Origin: Bdellovibrio sp.
GTDB lineage: Bacteria > Bdellovibrionota > Bdellovibrionia > Bdellovibrionales > Bdellovibrionaceae
Reading direction: 5' to 3'
DNA length: 64,000 bases
NCBI GenBank assembly: GCA_036677065.1
Contig: JAKFBS010000002.1
Span: 128,001 to 192,000, forward strand
Shown piece after piece: positions 29,782 to 39,800 of this stretch. Made by a program: the position numbers and the translations under genes. The notes beneath the pieces are model-generated. The model ran no database searches and was not told the origin of the DNA. It saw only the letters and a program-made list of their open reading frames with translations. The first letter of the stretch is position 1. Every line of letters begins with the position of its first letter.

Positions 29782-30858
29782 TCAGTTGCGCAAACTGCTG
29801 TTTGCAACCACGGGTTGGTTATAAAATACACCTGGAATAAAGGCGTTGATTTCATTAAATAAACGTTCGGCAGCGTTGCTGCAAGTCTCGTTTGGTAAAC
29901 GGTTGAACATGAACGGCGGAATCTTTGTTTCAACATACGAAGTGCCATCTTGAGAGTTATTATCGCCGTTAAATACATCTTGTTTTACGGTAAACGCAAC
30001 GATTTCAGCTGTCTGTAGATCGAAGTTGAAGTTGTTTTTTTCACATAAAAACTTTTGAAAGTATGAATACGTGACATTAGCAAGTCGTGGTCCCGCGATA
30101 GCCCCGTTAATGAAAAGGTAAGGGTTAAAGGCCATTCTAGGTGTGCCATTTTTTTGTGTGTAAGTGAACGGAAAAAATTGCAATTGATCAAGTTCATAAT
30201 CAAAACGTGATGGAAAAAGTAAATCAATGCGTTTAGAAAAATCGGCAGGATCAATGAATTCTAAATTTTGTGTGAATAGATAACCATTTTGCAGGCGGGC
30301 TTTAAAAGGTGATTTTTCTAAGCCAGGTTTGCCAATGACTTTTTGTGGTTGAATTAAAATATAATTTAATTCATGAAAAATAAGAGCCACATGATTTTTT
30401 TCATCCATTAGGGCCCAGAATAAATTATCAAATAAAACGACATCGTTGGTGCGAGCCGCTACTTGAAAATAAGGACCAGCAATGATTGATTCTACCGGAA
30501 TATAAGTTAGGCGATAATTGACAAACATCCAGCGAACATTTTCAAAAGCAGTCACAAGAGCTTCAGCGTAAACCGGATCAAGTTCTGCAATTTCTGCCAG
30601 CTTTTCACAGACTAACTGTAAAGTTTGATTTGGAATTCGGCTTTGATAGTTAAACACGCGCGACCAAAAGTATTGATAATATGATTTGTTGATGATTTTT
30701 TTAAAGTTAGGCTCTTCAGCAATGCCTTGCTCAGCTAAATCGAGCACAAAAAACTTATCACCGATCTTAATGGCATTGCCACCGTTGCCAATGAATACTG
30801 GCCCTGCGTGAGTTATTAAAGTAAATGATAAGACTGCGAATAAAATGAAATTTTTCAT
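29782..30858 (-). CDS. Secreted hypothetical protein with N-terminal GNGG motif
   Basis: Signal peptide ending THA, then GPVFIGNGGNA. ALIFHELNY is a degenerate HExxH-like motif lacking the second His. Confidence 0.7.
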   Translation of the reverse strand: MKNFILFAVLSFTLITHAGPVFIGNGGNAIKIGDKFFVLDLAEQGIAEEPNFKKIINKSYYQYFWSRVFNYQSRIPNQTLQLVCEKLAEIAELDPVYAEALVTAFENVRWMFVNYRLTYIPVESIIAGPYFQVAARTNDVVLFDNLFWALMDEKNHVALIFHELNYILIQPQKVIGKPGLEKSPFKARLQNGYLFTQNLEFIDPADFSKRIDLLFPSRFDYELDQLQFFPFTYTQKNGTPRMAFNPYLFINGAIAGPRLANVTYSYFQKFLCEKNNFNFDLQTAEIVAFTVKQDVFNGDNNSQDGTSYVETKIPPFMFNRLPNETCSNAAERLFNEINAFIPGVFYNQPVVANSSLRN

Positions 30859-30860
30859 GT

Positions 30861-31715
30861 TTATGGCCTTTCTAAGCTGAAAAAATTAACTGCAAGCGAG
30901 TAAACTTCGGTCTTTGGCTGTTCGTTATAGTATTTAGTGCTAAATTCGCTCATGAAATCGCGAATCATTTGTTTGGCGCCAGTCATTTGGTCTTTAGAAA
31001 AAGAAATCACTAAATTTTGAAATTCTCTTTCTAAGATAGGATGTGTTGATACGCTCTGCGCCGCTTTTTCTGCAATCGAGGCATGATATTTTACAATGGC
31101 ACCCGCCGGGATGTCGTTTAAAGTTTGCACGCTTGAAGCGGTCGCCGTTAAACGTCCATCTTCGTTCTTTAAAATGTTCAGATTGCATAAGTGAGCAACA
31201 ATTGTCTTTGTTAAGTCTTGTGAGATTTTTAAAATATCGACTAATTGATTAATGTTTGTCGCACGTTGAGTTGAAACTAATTCGTAAACAGCAATATAGC
31301 GCCAGTGATTGATTGTGTTTAAGGGATCATGATGAACGACAACGGTATTGGTGTACTTTGAAATTTGTGTCATCTTTTCTGCAGCAGCAGCTTTTTTCTT
31401 TTTCGCTCTGGCAAAACAGGTGTCAACGCTGGTTAAAAACTTTTGTTTTTCCTGATGAGTTAAAGTCATATTGGATGCAATTTTGATGGCAAGCTTTTCA
31501 GAAAGCCCGCGTTTTCTAGAAAAGATCTGCGATAAAGTAGAGTGGTCGATATCCAGATGACGTGCAAAAATTCGTAAAGAGTAGCGTGGATTTTTTTCTT
31601 TTTTCTTGTCGAATTCACGTTGCAGAATTTGTAAATAAACTTCTTGTTGCATAGGTGTAAAGACTAACTGCCCTTGTGAAGAAACTGCAACATTGTTTCT
31701 ATGCGTAAACGGCAA
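30861..31715 (-). CDS. TIGR02147/DUF4423-type HTH protein (start may be the ATG at 31652)
   Basis: KNPRYSLRIFARHLDIDHSTLSQIFSRKRGLS HTH, W.Y.AV.EL, YH...AEKA..S and REFQ...VYSL..NFF. Confidence 0.85.
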   Translation of the reverse strand: MPFTHRNNVAVSSQGQLVFTPMQQEVYLQILQREFDKKKEKNPRYSLRIFARHLDIDHSTLSQIFSRKRGLSEKLAIKIASNMTLTHQEKQKFLTSVDTCFARAKKKKAAAAEKMTQISKYTNTVVVHHDPLNTINHWRYIAVYELVSTQRATNINQLVDILKISQDLTKTIVAHLCNLNILKNEDGRLTATASSVQTLNDIPAGAIVKYHASIAEKAAQSVSTHPILEREFQNLVISFSKDQMTGAKQMIRDFMSEFSTKYYNEQPKTEVYSLAVNFFSLERP

Positions 31716-31851
31716 TTTCTGGCATTATCATGCCGTTAAAATAATCACAATGGTTGCTGTTTGTGCCTTTGGTAACCGTGTAACTGATTAATTTTATTAG
31801 ATTAATAGATTTTAAGCAAAAGAGTATTTTATTTATCTATACCTTCACGCT

Positions 31852-33294
31852 TTAACAGGTTTTTGCCAATGATCCAACTTCGATAAGGGCTTTTTCAATT
31901 TCTGAACTCCAGCAAACGCCGGCATTTATTCTTAAACAGTTCATATATTTACCCGTTGTTGAAAAAGCGCACCCCGGCACGACGCTGATATTTTTTTTCA
32001 AAGCCTTTTCAAAAAGCTCTAAAGTGTTTGTGTCTGGTGAAAACTCGATCCAGATCAGACAGCCACCTTTAGGATGAGTGATTTTTATACCTTGCGGAAA
32101 ATATTTTTGAATCGTTTCAGTGATCAGCACAAAATTATTTTCAATAGTTTGTCTAAGCTTTCGCAAATGTCTTTCATAGCTGTGATTTGCTAAATGATCG
32201 GCGATCGCCATCTGTAGCGCGGCATTGGTGCTTGAAGTGTTCGTTGATTTATAAAGTAAAAGTTTCTCTTTTTCGCTTTCTGGCGGAATCACCCAGCCAA
32301 TGCGATAACCCGCAGATAAGGTTTTTGAAAATGACGAACACAGATAGTTTTTATCTTGTTTATCAAAAGATTTTAAGGTGATCGGTCGCGTCGGTGTGAA
32401 ATACAATTCACCGTAAATATCATCTTCGATGATCGTGATATTATACCGGTAACAAAGCTGAACAAAACGTTCTTTGTTTTCATCACTCATTAAACTTCCG
32501 ATGGGATTTAAAAAATTCGGCGTAACAAGTGCTGCTTTGATTTTAAATTTAGAGGCTTTTTCTTCAAAGGCTTCTAAATCAATGCCTTGATCTGATCTGG
32601 CCGGTAATTCTAAAAGTTTTAAGCCCTGATCTTCGATTAATCTTAAAATACCGTGAAAGGTCGGGCTTTCGACCGCAACGATATCGCCAGGGCTTGCGCA
32701 AGATTTTAAAGCCAGGTTTAAGGCTTCAGTGCAGCCATTAGTAATGATCACGTTTTCAGTGCTCGTAACAAATCCGGCATCAAAAGTGCGCTTTGCGATT
32801 TCTTTTTGTAATTCAGGAAATCCCGCTAAGGGTGGATAGCGCATGGCTTTTTCTGGATTTTGCCGCATTACTTTTAATAATGATTTTTGTAAACTGGCCA
32901 TGGGTAACAGAGATGTATGAATGACAGCTCCGCCTAACGGAATTAATTTTTCATTACTGCAGGCATTGACGATATCTAAATTTCTTGAACTGTCTTTGAC
33001 AAAACGTGGGCTGGGTAAAGCTTTTGATTTAAATGCCGCTGTAGAAATAGCTGCAAGTTTTTTAACAAAGTATCCCGATTGCGGTTTGGCTTCGATGTGG
33101 CCTTGGGCTTCAAGCAGGGCATAGGCTTGATTGACTGTCGAGATACTGACGTTAAGTTTTTTGCTCATAACGCGCACTGAAGGTATTCGGCTTCCGTTTA
33201 GCAGGGTGCCGTTGCTAATCCAGTCTTTGATTAGCCCTTCAACTTGATTATAAAGTGAGACATCGCTGTTACGTAATATAGGTGATCTGGCCAT
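31852..33294 (-). CDS. MocR/GabR-family regulator (GntR wHTH plus PLP aminotransferase domain)
   Basis: RIPSVR..S.STV.QAY..LE..G, IIEDDIY and SSFSKTLSAGYRIGW with the PLP lysine. Confidence 0.93.
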   Translation of the reverse strand: MARSPILRNSDVSLYNQVEGLIKDWISNGTLLNGSRIPSVRVMSKKLNVSISTVNQAYALLEAQGHIEAKPQSGYFVKKLAAISTAAFKSKALPSPRFVKDSSRNLDIVNACSNEKLIPLGGAVIHTSLLPMASLQKSLLKVMRQNPEKAMRYPPLAGFPELQKEIAKRTFDAGFVTSTENVIITNGCTEALNLALKSCASPGDIVAVESPTFHGILRLIEDQGLKLLELPARSDQGIDLEAFEEKASKFKIKAALVTPNFLNPIGSLMSDENKERFVQLCYRYNITIIEDDIYGELYFTPTRPITLKSFDKQDKNYLCSSFSKTLSAGYRIGWVIPPESEKEKLLLYKSTNTSSTNAALQMAIADHLANHSYERHLRKLRQTIENNFVLITETIQKYFPQGIKITHPKGGCLIWIEFSPDTNTLELFEKALKKNISVVPGCAFSTTGKYMNCLRINAGVCWSSEIEKALIEVGSLAKTC

Positions 33295-33320
33295 AAAACC
33301 CTCTTTTAAACGGTATCATT

Positions 33321-33382
33321 AACTGTACTGGTTACAATTCAACTTAGGTGCATCTGTACTCATTACTGAATTAGCTTATACT
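33321..33382 (+). promoter_or_regulatory. Putative MocR operator (CTGTACT direct repeats, AACTGTA-N5-TACAATT inverted repeat) and -10 TATACT
   Basis: CTGTACT at 33323 and 33354. TATACT at 33377-33382 lies 6 nt before the ATG at 33389. Confidence 0.6.
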
Positions 33383-33388
33383 AAACCT

Positions 33389-33667
33389 ATGGAACACTCT
33401 ACTAAAAATCAAATTTATCTTAAAAAGGGTGAAACCCTAGAAATCACTACAAAGTCAGTGATCACCGTCGGTAGTGGTATGGTGTGGGTCACGTGTGCCG
33501 GTGACGAAAATGACTATGTTTTAAAAACTGGTGATCAGTTAAAATTAAGTGGTCCTAAACCTGTGATCGAAGCGATACACTCAAGTTATTTAACTATTGA
33601 CGAACAACCTTCTAAATTTAAACTGTTTGGTTTAATCCTTTCATGGAATGCAGACGTCTTCGGATAG
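33389..33667 (+). CDS. DUF2917-family protein
   Basis: SG.VWVT..GD..DYVL..GD.L and VIEA. Divergent from a MocR regulator, the usual context for this family. Confidence 0.8.
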   Translation: MEHSTKNQIYLKKGETLEITTKSVITVGSGMVWVTCAGDENDYVLKTGDQLKLSGPKPVIEAIHSSYLTIDEQPSKFKLFGLILSWNADVFG

Positions 33668-33793
33668 CGTTTCAAAACGAGAAACTTAATCAGCGGATTG
33701 TTGAATTAATACATCTTTGTTAATTAACGTAAACATTGAGCCCGACTAAGGTGAAATGACATAACTAATATTGAGCAATGTATCTGAAATTGA

Positions 33794-33820
33794 TCAGTTT
33801 TCAGACGAATTTACCGATAG
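33794..33820 (+). promoter_or_regulatory. Sigma28 (FliA)-like promoter of fibre gene 2
   Basis: TCAG-N15-ACCGATAG, 7 nt before the GTG start. Confidence 0.65.
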
Positions 33821-33827
33821 GTAATAC

Positions 33828-36800
33828 GTGGTGCACGTGAATTACCTAATTGTAAAATTGCTATCTGTTTGTTTCGCTATTTTTATAGCGTGCAGTGCAT
33901 TTGCAGGGCCCGGTGTTACCACATATCAAGCTAAAATCATAAAACCTGATGGCTTGCCACTTGAAGCCAATAGTGTGAATTTTAAATTCACAATTTTAAA
34001 TCCTGTCGGAAATTGTATTTTATATTCTGAAACATATTCGTCGATCAATATGACATCAACGGGTGGGCTGATTGCTTTTCCTTTAGGTTCAGGTGTTAAA
34101 GTTTATCCAGTATCTGCAATAACGTTTGCAGAAGTTTTTAGTAACGTAACGCCAAACTTAAGCTGTGATGCCGGTGGGCCGGGCACTTATACTCCAGGGG
34201 CCTCAGACACGCGTAAAGTCGTCATGCAATTTCATGATGGTGGTGGCTGGCAAACACTTCCTGCGATGAGCATCAATGCTGTGCCGTACGCGATGTATGC
34301 CAACGAAGCACAAAAAATTTCGGGACTTCCAACCTGTAATCCTGGCGAAGCTTTATCTTACAACGGTGTGACTTTTTCGTGTGAAGTTATCAGCGGGGGC
34401 GGAGCAGTGACTTCATCAACGGTAACTGCAGCTTTAGGCTATACACCGGCAAGTAGCGCAACTGTTGATTCACTTATTTCAAGTGTTGCGAGTGATAGTG
34501 CGAATCTTTCTTCGGTGTCTGCAACAGTTTATTCAGTTTCAACAACGGTCACAAGTTTGCAAAATTCAGTGGCAGCAAGTTTTACTGCGATGGCCTCATC
34601 ACAATGGGTATCACTTAATGGATTAACTTCTGTTTCGCAAACGATTGCATTCGGAACAACTGGCGCTGCGCCAAATGTTTCTTCAGTCGGTTCGGTGCAC
34701 ACTTTTAATTTTCCTTTTGCTTCAGTCGGAACAACGACTGCAGGGGTGATTTCAAATTCTGATTATGCAATTTTCATGAATAAGCTAGAAGCAACTGGTT
34801 CTGCAATTATTTCTGCTTTAGGTTATACTCCTGCAAATGCCGTAAGTGTCACGACACTAAGTTCTAATGTAGCAACGGTGTCGGCAGCGGTTTCGAATTT
34901 ATCAGCCTCAACTGCAGCATCATTTTCGGCAATAACAAATTCTCAATGGCTAACAAGCGGCACGACTATTTCTTATTCTACAGGTGACGTAGGTGTGGGA
35001 ACATCTGCGCCAGTTGAAAAACTTCATGTAAATGGCTCAGCAGTACTGGGTTCAATTCCAAACTATACAAATGGCGGTTCTGGTTTGTACCTTGCTAATG
35101 AAGCAGGCGATGCTTTTAACTTTTTTAGAATTGATGGATATGCAAATGATTTAGCAATAGTTGCATCTAGTTTGACTGGTGCTGCCAGCGGAACTTCAAT
35201 TTCTTTTAGAACAGCAACAGCCGGTCAGGGAGCTAATGGTAGCACAAAAATGACCATCGACTCTGCAGGCAACGTCGGTATTGGTGCACTGTCACCAGTG
35301 ACAAAATTAGTGGTCTCTGGCGGTGTAAAAATCAGCATGGAGTCAGCAACCTGTTCTGTAAGTTTTGCCGGAACTTTACGATATAATGCGGGCTTAGTTG
35401 AATACTGTAACGGAACAACATGGTCGGCCTTCGGTGTAGCTGGTGCTGGTATTTCTTTGTTAAATGGCTCTTCTTCTGCGACGCAAATTTTTGCAACAGG
35501 AATTGCAGGCACTAATTTTAATATTTCATCCACTAACGGCACACATACGTTTAATGTACCGCTCGCGGCGACAGCCAGCGTCGCAGCTGGTTTATTATCA
35601 AATGCAGACTATTTAACTTTTACAAATAAAGTAAGTTCAACAAGCGCTGCAATCATAGCAGCGCTTGGCTATGAGCCAGCGTTGAATTCAGCTTCTGGAA
35701 CTTATGCACAAAAAGCAAATAACTTATCTGATTTAACTTCGATTGCATCAGCACGCACTAATTTAGGTCTTGGTGGTTTTGCAACGGTATCAAGCTTAGA
35801 TTTAGGTTCAGCAAGTGCAACCGGAATATTAGATGAAGCCCGTTTGCCAAGTTTTGCAAATATAACCAGCGGTACTCAGTACACCAAAGTAACTGTTGAT
35901 GGTAAAGGCCGCGTAACTAGTGGTGCACAGTTAACATTAAGTGATGTAACCACGGCTTTAGGGTACTCTCCAGCATCAGCAAGTGCCTCGTCGCAGTGGA
36001 TAACCAGCGGAACATCCGTTTTTTACAACACAGGTAATGTTGGGATTGGCGTGTCAAACCCGTCATCGTTATTAACTTTAGCGAACAGCGGGGTAACTAC
36101 AACATTTCGCATGAGCGGCAATGTTTCAAACTCTGTTTCTACAAGATTTCAAATGGCCAATGACGTAAATCATTTAGCGCAATTAGCCCATGTCGGATCA
36201 ACAGCCGCAAATGCCAATCTTATTGGTATTGCAAATACAGTTAATTTAGCAACAAGCGGTGATGCAATTATTCTTGCTGCCTATAATGCTTCAGGAACAA
36301 TTAGATTTGGTACTGGTGGTTTTGCGAATAGTAATGAAAGAATGCGCATCGATCAAGATGGTTATGTTGGCATTGGAACAACTACTCCTTCAGCAAGATT
36401 GCATTTAGGTTCGGGATCTACTTCAAATGGACCATTAAAATTTACTTCTGGAACTTTAGTGACTTCACCACAATCAGGTACAATGGAGTACGACGGTGGT
36501 GGATTTTATTTAACTGATGGGGCTGGAAATCGCCGTATGATTGCGACTGGTTCAAGTTCTGGTTCGTTAGACAATGCTTCAATTATTAATTCGACTGGAA
36601 ACATGAATTTAGTTCCGGTGGGATCAGTAATTGTATCTAGCACGACAGCTTCAACAAATTCACAAACGGGTGCATTGATTGTAAAAGGCGGCTTAGGTGT
36701 TGCCGGAAATATTTATTCTTCAGGTACGATGATAACTTCTTCAGATATTCAAGGGGCTTCAATCACCGCAACAAATGCAATGATTACTCCATATATTTAT

Positions 36801-39800
36801 GGATCAACAGTATCTGGGGGATCATTAAGTCTTGAATCTACAACGCACGCAAATAAAGGTAATATTACTTTAAACACACTTGGCGGAAATGTTGGCATCG
36901 GAACAACATCGCCGCTTTATCCATTAGATATTTCGGGCACAAGCGCCATTCGAATCCCGGCTGGCACAACGGCGCAACGTCCGGTAAGTCATGCCGGCAC
37001 GGTTCGCTTTAATTCAGATTTTAAAACTATAGAATACAGCGATGGTGCCAATTGGTCTTCAGTTGCAGCAGAAAAAGTTGTTAGCGGAAATCCAGTGGGT
37101 GACGTATTAACCGTGAACGATGGTTATCAAGTGCGTCACTATGATGGTAGTGTTGCAGGCGGAAGATATGTTGATCTTCCTGACGGAGCAACGCTACCTG
37201 CGGGTTGGTACGTGACGATTGCTAATACTTCAAGTTTAACAGGTCATGGAACACGCATTACAGTTCGTACATCAGGTGCAGATACATTTGGTACAGCCAG
37301 CGCAACAACTCTCGCGTTAGGGGGCATTGTTTATAATTCTACCTACAAATTTATTTGGCAAGGGCCCGCTAGAAAATGGACCAGCAGTTATATCTCAGGA
37401 AGCACATTCTGGCAGCGACCTGATATGGGACTGACGATATCGGCTGGATATGCTAGCACAGGCAGTGGTTATTCAACTTCTATTTACGGCTCATCAGGTG
37501 TTGAAGGCACTGGTGGAATGGTAGGTCTATATGCAGGCTCAGCAGGTACATCGACCACGGTGGCTCACAGTGGTGGTGAAGTGTATATTAATGCTGGGTA
37601 CAGTCCTTATGGTCAAGGTGGCCATGTTAATATTAGTGCTGGTAGCGGCGGCTCTGTCAGCGCTACTGGTGGCAATATCGTATTAACACCGGGTTCTGGG
37701 CCTGCATCTGCGGGTCAGATTGTTTTAGCTGGTCGGGTAAGAAGTAGTAGCGGCCTATCGACGGGATATGATTCAGCAGCGCTTGGTGATAACACGAAAG
37801 CAGAAGCTATCAATGCATTTGCAATTGGTAGATACAATGTAGGAGGCGGAACTTCAGACAACTGGATTTCAACCGAACCACTTTTTGAAATCGGTAATGG
37901 AACTGGTGATGGATCTCGTGCAAACGCGATGACAGTTCTGAAAAACGGCAGCGTCGGTCTCGGCATAAGCACACCAACCGCGCGTTTACAAATTGCTGCA
38001 GGTACATCGCAAACAGCGCCGATTAAATTAACAGCGGGTACATTATTGTCAGCAGCACAATCTGGAACGATCGAGTACGACGGTACAGAATTATATTTTA
38101 CAAATGGTACAAATACGCGCCGTACAATTGCATCGACCGGTGCGCCAGGTTATTACGACACGGTAAATACAGTTGCTAATGCAGCAGGTAATATTGCGTT
38201 ATATCCAAATACTGGTGCAGGCAGTGTGATTGTATCTGCGACTACAGCTTCGACGAATTCTTCGACGGGCGCATTAATTGTTAAGGGCGGCTTAGGTGTA
38301 GCCGGAAACATTTTCTCGTCAGGAACAATTATTACTTCTTCAAATATACAAGGGGCTTCGATCACGGCAACAAATGGCATGATTACCCCGTATGTGTACG
38401 GATCAATTGCATCAGGCGGATCATTACGTTTAGATTCAACAACGCACGCGTCGAAGGGCAATATTTTATTAGCGCCTAACGGTGGTAATGTGGGGATTGG
38501 AATAGTGAATCCTATTGATAAATTGCAAATTTATGATGGCGACATCAGACTTGGCAGTTCAACAGATACTAATTCAACGCAAGGAATTTTAAAATTTGGC
38601 TCAGCGGCTTATCCCAATGGATATGCCGGAATTGCAGGTATCGCAAAGGGAAGTCCAGACCGGATGGAGCTGGCATTTTCGACGGCTTACGGCCCGGCCG
38701 TTGAAGCTATGAGAATTTCTGAATACGGTAGTGTCGGCATAGGCACAAGTAGTCCGTTATCAATTTTAACTGTAACTGGCTCTAGACAGTCAGCGACGAT
38801 CAAAAACACAATCTCTACATTTGATAGTCAGGCCTTCAATCTTGATGTCGGCGCAGGAATCGGCATGGGTGGTAAAATCAATGTCTCTGGTACAATGGCT
38901 CATTTTGGTTTAGTTGGAGCACGTAAAGAAAATAATATTGCTGATAATATTGCAGGATATCTAGTTTTTGAAACGCGGCCTGCTGGCGGAAATTTATCAG
39001 AAAAAATGCGAATTAATTCGATTGGAAACTTAGGTTTAGGCACGACGACTCCAGGTGTATTATTAGATTTATATGCGGCGGCGAGTCCGACTTTACGTAT
39101 TCGCAGTACTTCGAATGATCCGGCTAGTGGTCCGACAATTCGTTTAGTTGAAGACTTATCTGAAAATGGCGGTTTGATCCGCTATAACGCTCTTACTAAT
39201 GGCTTAGATTTAGGCGTGTCAGAAAGTGGCGTGGATAACACCAGAATTTCAATTAATAGAACGACCGGAAATGTAGGTATTGGAACAACAAACCCGCTAG
39301 ATGTGGTTCATATTCTAGGAACTAGCAGTACTGGTCTAAGAATTGATGGCGAGCTTTCGCAGAAGTTAAACATAATTGGAAATATCGAGGTGCATCCGGT
39401 ATTAACATTACCTTCTGCGCGCATAATTGGCCCGATTAATCGAAGTATTGCCATGGAAATTAATGGCAACGGACCAACGGATCGCTTTTCTGTTGTGACT
39501 GATCTATCGAATGCGGGCAGTGCCAGTTCTGAGGCCTTTGTTGTTACTAATGCCGGTAAAGTCGGTATCGGAACAAGCGCACCAGTGGCCGCTCTTCAAA
39601 CTCACTCAACAGCTGGAGGAGTCTTTACCGGATTGTACATTTCAAATGAACCTGCTGGTTCGGGGTTTGCGCCAACTCAAATTAGTTTTTCAAGAACGGC
39701 CATAGCATCCAAAGTAACAAGCAGCATAACTTCAGATATTACAACCTCTGGAACTTTTGCTAATGGTTATTTGGCGTTTTCAACTCGAACATCTGAGAGT

